From: Eledone cirrhosa
Lineage: Eukaryota
Assembly (NCBI GenBank): GCA_964016885.1
Contig: OZ024741.1
Span: 337,900,001-337,964,000 of the forward strand
Length of the DNA: 64,000 bases
Direction: 5' to 3'
Part shown: positions 1-11,569 of the stretch, piece after piece
Position numbering within the stretch: position 1 is the stretch's first letter
Layout of the letters: the number at the start of each line of letters is the position of its first letter
Translations under genes and position numbers: made by a program
The notes under the pieces: generated by a model
What the model was told of the DNA's origin: nothing
Databases searched by the model: none
Seen by the model: only the letters and a program-made list of their open reading frames with translations

Positions 1-311
1 ATCACCTACACCACAAAAGCCACCAAAATGCGAAACAGAAACAAACCCACAACAAACGCAAACAAAACAAAACAACCAAAACGATACACACTACACAGCA
101 TTAAATTTGAACAACAAGCAATTATTACACTACATCCAACACAACACCAGCATCACAGAAAAAGACTACACAACAACCCCAAAATTCACACCACCTCCAC
201 ACATACAAATCACTCGCATCACACAGAAAACGTACATGACACTAAAACAAAAATTCCCCAAAGACATCGGAGACTTCCGACAAGCACTCTCCAGGAGGAT
301 TTATAAGGACA

Positions 312-3300
312 TCCTTCCTGAGGAGGCCACAAGCAGTGAAAAGGATGGAAAAACCGTCCTTCCCCTACGAGAAGTAAGGTATGTGGTCTTTCCCATCTTT
401 TCCACTCCTTTTCAACATGACCTCAATCAGAATAGGCAGCATAAATGCGCGTGGCTTGGGGTCGTCATGGAAGCAGGGCCACCTGCTCAACGACCTCAGG
501 TCACTAAACATAGATGAAGTGGCCATCAGCGAGACCAGAATCTCCGAAGCACAGGCTTTCGCACCGATCTTCGGCGGCTACGATGTGTACGCATCTCCCA
601 GCCGTCCGGGATCGGGGGAAGGAGTTGCTGTGCTTTTTCGGAGAGGTTTGGATCTTGCCATACGGGCCATCTTCCTGGACCCAGAAGGTAAGTTGGTGGT
701 GCTGGACGTGACCAGCGGAGACGGGCAAGCTTTCAGGTTAGTGGCCGTCTATGCCCCGACAGGAGCAGGGCAGCCTGATTTCTTCCGGCGTCTGGAGACC
801 TTTCTTGGAACGTCCCGCTCTTTAGTGTTAGTGGGCGACTGGAACGGGATCTTAGATGCACGCTGGGATTGTGTGGGATTAGTGGATAGGGAAGGAGGGT
901 GCAAGAGTCTCACCAACCTGCTCAGACATTTTGAACTGTCTGACAGGTACCGAATGGATTTCCCGAATGTACCAATGTGGACTTGGACAAATCGCATAGG
1001 GTCATCCAGATCATATCTAGATAGAGTATTTTGTAGGGAAATAGATAGGTCTAGCATAGGCTGTCCACAATTCAAGATAGTCAGCTACACGGACTACAAA
1101 TTCGTGATCTGTGTGCTTGACTTAGATAGGCTTCATAGGCGAGGACCCGGCTACTGGAAGCTAAACGCGTCCTTACCAGCGCGCAAGGCCTACAGAGACC
1201 GGATTAGCGAACTAGTTAAGCGGGCGTTGACGGGGGCCATCGTCAACAACAAGTGGTGGTTTGCTCTGAAAAGAGCAATTAGAATAGAGTCTATTAGGTT
1301 TAGTAAGACTTTAGCAATAGAGAAAAATAGAGCAGAGGGAGAACTAGTTAGAAAATTAGATGAGGCGCTTAGCAAAGGCATCGCGACCGACGTACTTGCG
1401 GCGAAATTGGCCCTTGACCAATTCTTCAATGCAAAGCACGAAGGCTGCGTTGTCAGAGCTAGGGTGCGTGCTCTCAGACACGAGGGGACGAAAGCCGTTC
1501 AATGGGCCCGAGTGGCGGAGGCGCGTCGTGGCAACAAAGCCACGATCCGGTCTTTGGTGGACCACGACGGGCGCATGCTACTCGATCCCGGGCAAATGTG
1601 TGAAGCTTTTCAGCGACACTTCGCTCAACTGTTCGGGGGCAGTGGCGGGCCGGATCGAGAGATGGACTTTAGTGTCTACCTCGACGGAATGCCGCGGCTT
1701 TTGGCCACTGAGGCGGAGTGTTGCGAAAAGCCGATAACAACCGCTGAAGTACGGGATGCAATGACTAGTTGCACAAGGGGTAAATCGCCTGGTTTGGATG
1801 GTCTGCCCTATGAACTTTACGTACAAATGCCAAACTTGTTCGGAGGCCTCTTGGCGGACGTCTACTGCAACTGGCAACAGAACGGGAGAATTCCCAGCTC
1901 TGTGAGCCGAGGAGCGGTGGCGCTGCTGAGAAAGGATCCGAACAAGGGGGATAACATAGATAATTTTAGGCCCATAACTCTGCTAAACACAGAGTTCAAG
2001 ATTTTGGCCAAGGTGCTAGCAAAGAGGTTGGCGCTTGTCGTTGGTGGTCTGGTGGGAGAGGCACAGACATGCGCCATTCCCGACAGATCCATCCACCTCA
2101 TGCGATACATCGTAGAGAGGGTAGCTAGGGAACCTGGCACGGGTGGGTCTTTGATCAATTTAGATCAGTCGAAAGCCTTCGATAGGGTCGACCATCGTTA
2201 CCTAGCGGCAGTCCTGAGGGCGGCTGGCTTTGGGCCCGTCTTCAGAGGCTGGATCGCTGCCATGCACAGCGACATCTGCTCTGTAGTGAGAGTGAACGGT
2301 CACCCTTCGGAACCGTTCAACATCATGCGCTCGGTCCGCCAAGGATGTCCCCTCTCGTCCCTATTGTACGTATTGACTCTCGAGCCATTACTGCACAAAC
2401 TGGAGACGTTGAGGGGGGTCCCGCGCGAACTAGGATGTGGAAGATCCGTGTCAGCATATGCCGACGATGTCACCGTAGTGGTGGCGAACGCCAAACACAT
2501 CGAGGCGATCGGCACTACACTAAGAGAATACGAAGCGGTGACAGGAGCAATGATCAACCAGGAAAAGTCAGTGGGCCTGCAGCTCGGCACCTGGAGAGGC
2601 AGGTCCATGCCGTCCAACAGCGTCGTCGGGCGCTGGACGGACGGACCGGTTAAATTGCTAGGGGTCTGGTTCGGTCCAGACCTCCAGACGGACAAAAACT
2701 GGGACGAGGTGACGAGCAGGGTGGCTTCCCTCACCCAGAAATGGGCCGAGAGGAAGCTATCCCTGAAAGGTCGAGCGGAGGTGGCGAATGCGTACATCGC
2801 ATCCGTCATCTACTACCGCCTGACCGTCGTACCTTGTCCTAAGCCCCGCCTGACTGCGCTGGAGCGTTTCCTCTTTCGCTTCTTGTGGAAGGGACGCGCT
2901 CCGATGGTCAGGCGGTCCATCTGCTGTCAACACCCGCTACGTGGAGGGCTGGGCATGCCGTGGCTGATGATGCGCAGACACTCGTTCAGGCTACGACATC
3001 TCCACCTCTTCCTCGACGGTGATCAGGTGTGGTCGCCGTTTGCGAGACACGTTTTTCCCCAGCTCGTCTCCTTGACGGAGCTGCAGTCCTGGGTCAAGCG
3101 AAGACCGAGAGGGAGCGCTTGGAGACTGGAATGTCTTCAGGCGCTCACAGCCCTCGACCAATCAAGCAATGTGATCGGTGGAAACTCCACCTTGGCGTTC
3201 TATAGGGGATTAGTGGAGGGGAAGAGCGACGACGTACTTGGAGAAACTCTAGGCGACGACGTACTTGGAGAAACTCTAGGCGTCGACGAAAATCAACTAG

Positions 3301-4083
3301 CCAATCTCTTCGGAAGGACTTTCGGGCCGGGGCCTATGGACAACTTCCAGAAATCCCTGGCCTGGCAGTGCTACCGAGGAGCTTTGCCAGTTCGGGATAA
3401 ACTCTACAGACATGGAGGTGCCGTCAGCCGGGCATGTCCGAGATGCGCGCAGGGCGACGAAACCGTCCTGCACGCACTCGTCCAGTGTCCGAGCATTGCT
3501 GACTTGTGGGTTTATGTCGAACACCTGCTGTCACGTGTAGGACGGATCCAGCTATCAGCTGAGTCCATCGTGAGGATTGCCCCGCCCCCTTCCTTTAGCC
3601 GGGAAGGGCAGGCAGTTTTTATCTGTCTGGTGGCCATGGCGAAAGAGATAGTATGGTGGACACGTTTGAAAGGGCTGAAGACGAGCACTTACCTCTTCGG
3701 TGATGCCCTGATTAACTTTTTCAAATTTCATTTGAAAAGGAAAATCAGGGTAGAGAGGGAAGTGCTCTCTTCCCAGCATTTTGTTGAAAGATGGGTGAGA
3801 GAAGCAAGTATGGCCCGAATGAATGGGCCTTCTCTGAGTATGTGTCTGTAAATTAAAGGTGGAAAACTGGGAGAGGGCACTTGCCCTGGTGGTCAGGGCC
3901 ACTGTGGTCTTTTAATGGGCTTTCTCCACAAATGTCCCTCGGAAGTCTCCCCCCTATTGGGGAATTTTTCTTTGTTATTTTATTTCAACCTCTGTTTTTT
4001 TACACGCAGAAATGCCCATTTGTACCGTCCTGTATTGTCCTTAATGTCTACTTTATGTAAACCCTTGTGGTTAATAAAGAAAA

Positions 4084-4128
<45 letters not shown>
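312..4128 (+). mobile_element. Tx1/L1-clade LINE, probably 5'-truncated, with short 3' UTR, AATAAA and (ATT)n tail
   Basis: GC-rich block distinct from its flanks; AATAAA at 4073-4078; (ATT)n at 4085-4128; 5' boundary approximate. Confidence 0.85.
381..3851 (+). CDS. Tx1/L1-clade non-LTR retrotransposon ORF2 (APE endonuclease, reverse transcriptase, C-terminal CCHC zf-RVT); likely start ATG at 417
   Basis: Open 1156-aa frame: SINARGL, ISETR, VYAP, GDWN, SYLDR, GPGYWKLN (APE); KSPGLDG, FRPITLLN, LDQSKAFDRV, RQGCPLS, YADD (RT); CPRC..ETVLHALVQC zinc finger. Confidence 0.95.
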   Translation: MWSFPSFPLLFNMTSIRIGSINARGLGSSWKQGHLLNDLRSLNIDEVAISETRISEAQAFAPIFGGYDVYASPSRPGSGEGVAVLFRRGLDLAIRAIFLDPEGKLVVLDVTSGDGQAFRLVAVYAPTGAGQPDFFRRLETFLGTSRSLVLVGDWNGILDARWDCVGLVDREGGCKSLTNLLRHFELSDRYRMDFPNVPMWTWTNRIGSSRSYLDRVFCREIDRSSIGCPQFKIVSYTDYKFVICVLDLDRLHRRGPGYWKLNASLPARKAYRDRISELVKRALTGAIVNNKWWFALKRAIRIESIRFSKTLAIEKNRAEGELVRKLDEALSKGIATDVLAAKLALDQFFNAKHEGCVVRARVRALRHEGTKAVQWARVAEARRGNKATIRSLVDHDGRMLLDPGQMCEAFQRHFAQLFGGSGGPDREMDFSVYLDGMPRLLATEAECCEKPITTAEVRDAMTSCTRGKSPGLDGLPYELYVQMPNLFGGLLADVYCNWQQNGRIPSSVSRGAVALLRKDPNKGDNIDNFRPITLLNTEFKILAKVLAKRLALVVGGLVGEAQTCAIPDRSIHLMRYIVERVAREPGTGGSLINLDQSKAFDRVDHRYLAAVLRAAGFGPVFRGWIAAMHSDICSVVRVNGHPSEPFNIMRSVRQGCPLSSLLYVLTLEPLLHKLETLRGVPRELGCGRSVSAYADDVTVVVANAKHIEAIGTTLREYEAVTGAMINQEKSVGLQLGTWRGRSMPSNSVVGRWTDGPVKLLGVWFGPDLQTDKNWDEVTSRVASLTQKWAERKLSLKGRAEVANAYIASVIYYRLTVVPCPKPRLTALERFLFRFLWKGRAPMVRRSICCQHPLRGGLGMPWLMMRRHSFRLRHLHLFLDGDQVWSPFARHVFPQLVSLTELQSWVKRRPRGSAWRLECLQALTALDQSSNVIGGNSTLAFYRGLVEGKSDDVLGETLGDDVLGETLGVDENQLANLFGRTFGPGPMDNFQKSLAWQCYRGALPVRDKLYRHGGAVSRACPRCAQGDETVLHALVQCPSIADLWVYVEHLLSRVGRIQLSAESIVRIAPPPSFSREGQAVFICLVAMAKEIVWWTRLKGLKTSTYLFGDALINFFKFHLKRKIRVEREVLSSQHFVERWVREASMARMNGPSLSMCL

Positions 4129-4129
<1 letters not shown>

Positions 4130-4934
4130 TCCAATGTAATTAGTGAGATTAACAATTGATAGTAAGATACTGTAGGTGAATTTTTATCCTTAAAATATAA
4201 TAATCCCTTTGGGCATCGATGTGAGAAATCATTTATTTCGGCGAATATGCCGCTAAGGAATAATCATTGTTACTCGAAGTCTGTTTTCAATAATCCACAA
4301 ATACGAGAACACAATTGTGTTGCAATCACTTAATGATCAATACAATCCAGCAACTTCAAATGGCTGTTTATATGAGTATGTGCATTGAGCTGTTGACCGG
4401 TCCCATCTTAGTATTCTGATATAATGGCATTGCCATTCACATCCCCTTATCTACGGCATGTCACCAGAGTTCTTAGAGATCATCGCCTCTGTCAATTTTA
4501 TGAGTTATCTCTTGGTGTTGGCGGTGTAGGTGAGTTTATACTAGGGTCACTTCTTAATTTTACTGACAAAGTTGTTCTTGGTCTTCTTTTATCTGATTTA
4601 TATCCGAATAAAACATTATTTTGCCAGAAGAACTATTTCAATGTTAATGATCTTTCTCAAAACTTTAGAAAATACGAAAATGTTCCTTGTTTGTAGAGAT
4701 GTTTGTATTTTATCTAAAAATACAACCCAGTGATTCCCATTTAGCCTCCTGTTTTTATACAGCTTCTTTGCATATCTCCTTTGAACATTCTTTGGGGAGT
4801 TGCACATGTTGAAATACTCAAAATCCTACATCGCCCACCATTTTCCGTTCAGTTGCTCATCGCCCACCAAACAGTTGAAATCACCCATCGGTGGACGATA
4901 ACGCTCAGCTTGGGAAAGCCTGTCCTAAATAATA

Positions 4935-5170
4935 GCTGGTTATCTACCTTGATTATATCTCCTGGAATGAAGAGTTGCTAAGATATAGCATGTTGCTGCC
5001 GTTAATTATATCTCCTGGAATAAAGTGATTTTAGGTTATAGCCAGTTACCTCCCTTGGTGTATATCTCCTTGAATGAAGAGATCTTAAGTAATACCTAAT
5101 TATTTCCCTTGATGATATCATTGAATGAACAATTCCTAAGAGATAGTTACCTCCCTTGGTTATATCTTTC
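4935..5170. repeat. Degenerate ~54-bp minisatellite, about 4-5 units
   Basis: Recurring agttacctcccttg..tatatctcctggaatgaaga motif at about 54-bp spacing. Confidence 0.7.
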
Positions 5171-5199
5171 GTGATGACAATTCAGTCAGAAGTTTACTA

Positions 5200-5520
5200 T
5201 AAGTCTTCTACCTGGTTGCTCAATCTGCTAGAAATAGCAACCAAATTGACCTCATATTACACGCTACAATGAAGGACACTTGAAGTAATGTAGTTATATG
5301 TCTGAAAACAAGGTGGGTTGGTCATGGCTGACATGTCATTTTATCGTAAGTCTCCTCGGTTAGTGTTAACCTGGGGCTAAACAACAACTCTATAGGTATT
5401 TTGATACAACAATGAATGATATCTAACTGGTTTCTTGAACTGCCAGAAATAGCAGCCAAATCTTCTTTATCCTCTTGATGTATAGGGAACATCGATAATG
5501 TGGTTCTATATGTTATGGTA
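5200..5520 (+). mobile_element. Two decayed fragments of one retroposon/SINE 3' portion
   Basis: ctggtt..ctg(c)tagaaatagca(a/g)ccaaat repeated at ~5210 and ~5428; first copy ends ctggggctaaacaacaac. Confidence 0.45.
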
Positions 5521-6369
5521 TGGTCCTGTAACTCCTCACACCATTTCTCAGGGCACTTTTTAAAACCTGGCAGCGTCCAGCTCCTCTCCAGGTCTAAATA
5601 TAGACATTTTTTTTCTAGAGAAGGATAGAAAATGAGAGAATTAAAGTGAGAAAGAAATATAGATGAAAAATTAACTCTAGTACTTTACTGGTACTAGTTT
5701 TTTTTACCTCAAAAGGATGAGAGGCAAAATTGACCTATATACACTGTCTGAAAAAAGTTGGGATGGTTTCAGCTGGAATATCTTTCATTATAGGCTATTT
5801 TCTGTTATTTTATTTGTTTGATTGTTTCTTTTAGAGCGGGATTTAAATTCAAAGAGCAGAGAACTGAATGAAATCTCATTTGAATTTTAACCTTTCACCA
5901 GAAACGAGGAAATGGTATCATCTTGTTGTCAGTTCCGATGACGAGTGTTTGTGTCTTTCGAACAATGGATCAGCCTCTTCATAAAATTAACTGGCTAAGC
6001 CACCTACAAATTAGTGTACCTTTAACCTAGTTCTCAGGGAGATTTAACTTTAAAGAAGATCCTGTTTAAACCAACAACAGCTAAACCTTTTTTTTTTTAC
6101 AAACTTTGGAATTAGCCGGAGGACTTATCGTAAATCTCCTAAAATGCTGGAATTTTCTGCAAAATGCATGAATAAGAAATGCTGGAAATTCCCACATTAT
6201 CCATGAATGTCGATAAGTCTGGTCACTAAATTAATTTTGTTCTAATAGATAACTGTTTTATTTAGCTTAGTTTGACATTTCCTAGATCCTACTTAAGAGA
6301 AAAAAAGAACAAATGTAAGTTCACATGCATTTCCTTTCAATGAAAGTTTATTATTAAATAGCACACGAG

Positions 6370-6590
6370 AGCGGTAGATTGGCCATATTGGTAGTATTGG
6401 ATAACATGCTTTGCAGCATATAGTTATGTCCCTTTACGTTCTGAGTTCAAGTCCCGCTGAGGTTAACTTTGCCTTTCATCCTTACAGCGTCAATGAAATA
6501 AAGTACCAGTAATGCACTGAGGGCTGATTAAACCGACTTTCCCCACCCTCCAAAATTGTTGGTCTCAGGCCTAAATTAGAAACCATTATC
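6370..6590 (+). mobile_element. tRNA-derived SINE (octopus-type family), near full length
   Basis: B-box-like gagttcaagtcc followed by gaggttaactttgcctttcatcc..aataaagtaccag; the same core recurs at 9558, 14130, 15960, 21316 and 21460. Confidence 0.8.
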
Positions 6591-6664
6591 AAATTGCATA
6601 TTTTAGCTATTTAATAGTGATGAATGAATTGCTTGTCTTAGACCAGAAATCTCACACTCTAGGA

Positions 6665-6970
6665 CAGGCATGGGCAACCTTTTTCGAGAAGCGGGCCACA
6701 TGAGATATAGCTCATCATCGGGTGGACCGTAAGCACTAATTTACATTCATTCCCACATTAAAAAAATAGGGCAGTAACTCAGGTTGTTTTGATTTGTTTC
6801 TTCAGAATTTGTACACATTTTCCTTGAATGTAAAAGTGATAGAAAGATAAATTACGAATGAAAAGTTGGGGTAAAAAATCAGAAAGATTTCACTTTATTG
6901 ACTTAGGCGAGCCATTCAGAAACCTTCGTGGGCTGCATGTGGCCTCCGGACTGCAGGTTGCCCATTACTG
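6665..6970. mobile_element. hAT (Charlie-like) MITE
   Basis: TIRs caggcatgggcaacct / aggttgcccattactg; exact 8-bp TSD ctctagga at 6657-6664 and 6971-6978. Confidence 0.9.
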
Positions 6971-7287
6971 CTCTAGGACTCAAAATGGTGATTACATCTA
7001 GGAGAGAGGCACAGATGGGCAAAAGTGAAATGATTGGTGGTGGTGGTGGTGGGGGGGGGGGGTGATTTCTAACAGTTATAATGCTTAATCTGCAATACAG
7101 CTGATAGGCTGCTCTCTATTTATATATTTTTTCCATCAAAATTAGTACATAAATAGAATATATGGATTAGTACAAAATGTCGGAGAACACATTTTCCTTA
7201 ATTCTGTTTCTACTTTTGGTAAATTCCCTTTTTCTTGTTTTCACTTTTGATTGTATTTCATGGGAAAATAGCAATAAATTGAATTGT

Positions 7288-7462
7288 ATGAAGATTGGCT
7301 GAAAAGTTCATAGGCTGACCAAGATACTCTCATGGAATGACCAAATGAGGTTTATTTTTCCACATAGACCCTGGAAAGAAACAATGCAGTTATTGATAAG
7401 AAGATTTGAAATTAATGCATGCAAGATTTTATAGCTCTAGCATCTCTCCTTCATAGTCAGCC
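7288..7462. mobile_element. Truncated copy of the Tc1/mariner-type MITE at 7741
   Basis: Shares gctgaaaagtt, aatgaccaaatgaggtttattttt, aaagaaacaatgca and ttcatagtcagcc with 7741-7914. Confidence 0.65.
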
Positions 7463-7740
7463 AGTGGAACTGGAGGTGGCAGGGGGCATACCCCTCCCAA
7501 TAATTATATTTTTCTCCACAAACTACCAAAACGCGCATCTATTTGTATATGTGCTACAATTTATGTACATGTTATGTTTATCACATATCAAAGTTTTTTA
7601 TATCTTGGTTGATATTTGATAATAACAGCTAAACGAATCATTACAACTAAATTGACCAAATTTGCCCCCCCCCCCCCCCCCCCCCCTCGCGTCCAAATTC
7701 AGAAATGCTTCTGCCACCCCTGATTATATATATATATATA

Positions 7741-7914
7741 TACGAGGGTCAGCCGAAAAGTTAATAAAATGACCAAATGAGGTTTATTTTTCAAGATAGT
7801 CTCTGTAAAGAAACAATGCATTTATTAATAAAAAGAGTTGAAATTAAAGATTTCACAGCTCTAGCATCACTCATTCATAGTCAGCCTATGAACTTTTTAC
7901 AGCCTACTCTCATA
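7741..7914. mobile_element. Tc1/mariner-type MITE
   Basis: Imperfect TIRs tacgagggtcagccgaaaagtt / aactttttacagcctactctcata; TA at both ends. Confidence 0.7.
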
Positions 7915-8151
7915 GTACAAAATGTTACAGGACAAATTTTCCGTTTCAAATTTTCTTTAATTCTGTTTTCTCCATTTTATTGTATTTCATGGGAAAATTA
8001 CAATAAACATTATTAAAATAGAAAACAAAAATTGTTCTGCCATGTGCCAAAGAAAAGCAGTTTGTGGCAGCATCCAGCCTGCGAGCTGTTGTTGAAGACC
8101 ACTGCCTTAGGCACTATTAGAAGACAATTTGTGATATTAGATAGCAAACTG

Positions 8152-8261
8152 TACTCTCAGGTCTCGAATAATCATCCCCACCCTGCTTATTGATTTTTCA
8201 ATTTTTTCTAATCCTTCAACTCTTATTCCACCCACCACCTATTATTTGGGATCCGAGAGTA
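8152..8261. mobile_element. Very short TIR element (MITE), TA-flanked
   Basis: tactctcaggtctcgaataat versus reverse complement of the right end, tactctcggatcccaaataat. Confidence 0.65.
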
Positions 8262-8434
8262 TATAATGAACTGGTAACTCTTATTGAAGTCGTAAGGGTG
8301 CTGTAATGACATACAACGGGTTATAGGTATTTTAAAAAACCTGGTGGAGACTATCCCCTCTCCAGCCAATATCTTCCAGAGAGAGAGAGAGCTATACATA
8401 TATAGACCTATCTATTTATATGTATATATATAGA

Positions 8435-8451
8435 GAAAGAGAGGGGAGAGA

Positions 8452-8535
<84 letters not shown>

Positions 8536-8610
8536 CAGAGAAAGAGATAGAGAGTGAGAAAAAGAGAGAGTGAGTGAGTGATAGAGAAGAAGCAATAAAG
8601 AGATATAGAG
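8435..8610. repeat. (GA)n microsatellite
   Basis: Direct sequence. Confidence 0.95.
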
Positions 8611-9019
8611 GAAGTATCAACATCAGTACTAGACTGATACTTTTTTTTATCAACCTAGAAATGATGAAAGGCAGGTTTTCAATTCATAGCACGGAGAGCA
8701 GGAAAAAATATGGCAAAACATTCTATCTGACATTCTAACGACTGTAAATGGCAAGTTAGGGTGGTTGATTGGCAGAATCCTTACAGCTTCAGAGAAAATA
8801 CCTAGCAGTTTTTAGTTATGGACTTTTATGGTTTAAGTCTAAATCCAGTTGATTAAAAATATAATACTAGTTAAGTACTGGGTTCAATATAATTGTCTGT
8901 TCACTCCATGAAAATGTTTGGCCTTTGTGTGTATGCTAGAAACTATTATTCCTTTGTCACTTCAGTCACAAACTTGGACACTGCTTCTCATAATGCAGAG
9001 TCTAAAAGTCTAAAGTTTG

Positions 9020-9258
9020 TCTCAAACCAGGAGGCTCATCAGGCTGGTGCTTATCCTGATTTTCATGGTGTGAAGTGACTGAGAGTATAAGATGCCAGTT
9101 CATCACAGAGTTAAACATTCAGCTACTTTTGGTACTCATCTTTAGCTGAGTATACTGGAGCAATGTAAAATGAAGTGCTTTGCTAAAAAAATACAACACT
9201 CAAGCCAGTCCAGGAATTGAACCCACAATATTATGATTGTAAGTCCAACGCCTTTACC
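9020..9258 (-). mobile_element. Decayed tRNA-derived SINE of a second family
   Basis: Minus strand shows a B-box-like gggttcaattcc followed by ttgctccagtatactcagct...gagtacc (CORE-like SINE body). Confidence 0.5.
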
Positions 9259-9557
9259 CAGATGATATCCAAAATACTGGGGCTTCCTTTTCATGTCAGT
9301 TGCTGTCTAGACCATCGCTGTCCTTGATCCTTGGAGAGCCTTTTCCTTCTGCAAAATCATGTGGTGTACATCCCGCAGGAGGTAGGAGCTCTGTGAGGTC
9401 AAATGGCTAATGCAGCAGGTATCACTGGCTATTCTCCACAATAATGCTTTCGCCATCTTTTACATGGAGTACAGGTAAGAGTGTAGAGTCTGCCACTATC
9501 ATTGTAATACATCGGATCAGCAATAAATTTATTCGTCATTATTAGATGATAAATAAG

Positions 9558-9745
9558 TGTGGTAGATTGACAGTAATTGGTAGAGCTATGGCCCTTTACA
9601 TTCTGAGTCCAAATCCTGCTGAGGTTAGCTTTGCCTCTCATCCTTACAGGGTTGCTAAAATAAAGTATCAGTAATGCACTTGGGTTAATCTAATCGACTT
9701 TCCCCTTCCCCAAAATCGTTGGCCTTAAATCAGAGACCCTTATTA
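9558..9745 (+). mobile_element. SINE copy (family of 6370)
   Basis: ctgagtccaaatcctgctgaggttagctttgcctctcatcc..aataaagtatcag. Confidence 0.75.
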
Positions 9746-10160
9746 GATGACAAATAGCAGCAACATATAATAATGCCTGACTACGATCAACTTGAGCTCA
9801 TCAGTCAATACACACACATACACAAACACAGGCATGGACACACAGACACACACACTTTGCTGAAGTGTACAATAAATTTATAATTGCATATGTACAGCAT
9901 GGAGTTAATCGAGACTGCATAAATGTGTATATGAATTTACACATTCACATTAAGACAATAGACATGTAAACATGCCATATATACATATTTACCTGTAAAC
10001 CAAAGAAAGGCTAAATATCTTGAATCACCTCTTGACATTTTTGGGTTTCTCATCAGAAGATATGTACATCATATAACTTCTAAATAACCCAAACTGAGAA
10101 GGTTATATAACATATCACTTATAATGGTACCCTGAAATGGAGGTATTAAAATGTATATTA

Positions 10161-11478
10161 CACTCGTCAACAATTTTTGGAAAGTTGTGTGCTTCTTAAA
10201 TGAGATTATTTAATTCTTATGTATTTTTATGTCCTGAATCCAAATATCACCTTGATAAATGCTTATTAGCTACAGGCTTAAAGATACACAACATGTAATA
10301 TTTGATTATTTTATTATAATGTACAACATGTGTCATTATGTTTTAAGATCTATTCCGTATCTATTCTCTGCCTTTTTGCTTGATGCTTATAGTGGGCTGA
10401 AGTATCATCTCTTGCCAATGTCTAGCAATAGTCTACAAGCATTGTTGTGCTCCATTTGACCTAGTACTGCTTTTCCATGGTTGAAATATCTTTATGAAAC
10501 CTATCATCATGTTTGTCAATAACTACCCCACAGTTTGCTGAAAAAAGTCTAAATATGAGTCCAAAAAGTGGATTTTAAGTGAAATGTTACTTCCCATGTT
10601 CTTGTAAGCTTTGATGAGGTTTTCTCCTAATCCTTCATAGTTTCCTTCCCTTCTGTTTCCGAGAAATTCCTTCGCCACTAACTTGAATGCTTCCCAAGCA
10701 GCTTTCTCCTCCCTATGAAGGGCTGATTCAAAGTCACCATCTTTAAGAAGCTCTGGAATGTAAGGACCAATGAAGACTTCCTCTTTTATCTGAGCATCGC
10801 TCAGTGAGTGGAATTTTGATGCTAAATACTGGAATCCCTGACTGGAATTGTCCATAGCTTTTATAAAGTTTTTCATGAGCCCTAGTTTTATGTGTAGAGG
10901 TGGTAGAAAAATTTAGTTTGGTTCAGTGAGAGGTGACTGTTGAATATTTTTCATGCCAGGCTTCAATGATTGACGAGGTGGCCAGTCTCTCCTGATATAG
11001 TTGGAACTTCTTGCGTGGCTCTCCCATTCACACAGAAAGCAGCAGTACTTGGAGTACCCGTCCTGCAAGCCCATCACAAGAGCAACAACGTTTAAGTCAC
11101 CACAGAGCTGTCATTGATGTTCATCATATTTTATGCATTGCAACATATGCTTTATATTCTCATAAGTTTCTTTCATATGTGATGCATAGCCCACAGGAAC
11201 TGATGGTTCACTATTGCCATTATGCAGCAATACACCTTTCAGACTAACTTTTGATGAATCTATGAACAGCCTCCAGTGACTAGGTTCATATTCAATATTA
11301 AGTGCTTCCATCATACCATTAATATTGTTGCAGGCCAATAAATCACTTTCCATTATGAAGAAATTGCTGAACTGCTGCTGACGGTCACAACATTTTGAAA
11401 TCTTCACATCAACTGCTAGGAGATTCCTTTGCCGAAGACGAGAGCCCAGCAGCTCTGCCTTGTTCTTAGGTAGTTGTA
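10161..11478 (-). mobile_element. Chapaev3-type (CMC) DNA transposon remnant, 3' half
   Basis: Carries the transposase pseudogene; candidate terminus CACTCGTCAACAA at 10161 preceded by TTA (Chapaev3-like CAC end and TWA target); 5' half is replaced by (CA)n and a PLE fragment. Confidence 0.65.
10350..11478 (-). pseudogene. Chapaev3-like DDE transposase pseudogene
   Basis: WRLFIDSSKVSLKGVLLHNGN, MKETYEN, GYSKYCCFLCEWESH, LPPLHIKLGLMKNFIKAM, FLGN, SLKIHFLDSYLDFF; stops and frameshifts between segments. Confidence 0.8.
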
Positions 11479-11484
11479 CACACA

Positions 11485-11550
<66 letters not shown>
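11478..11550. repeat. (CA)n microsatellite at the transposon/PLE junction
   Basis: Direct sequence. Confidence 0.95.
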
Positions 11551-11553
<3 letters not shown>

Positions 11554-11569
11554 TATAAGTGTGAAGAGC

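Noticed and set aside
1-310. A/C-rich ORFs at the window start as Tx1 ORF1 or a host exon
   Set aside because: No recognisable motif; truncated by the window edge
504-3902. Alternative-frame and antisense ORFs inside the Tx1, PLE and RTE ORFs
   Set aside because: Shadow ORFs of real coding frames with no motifs of their own
4935-5170. CRISPR-like spaced repeats
   Set aside because: Eukaryotic context, whole units are similar (no unique spacers) and no cas genes
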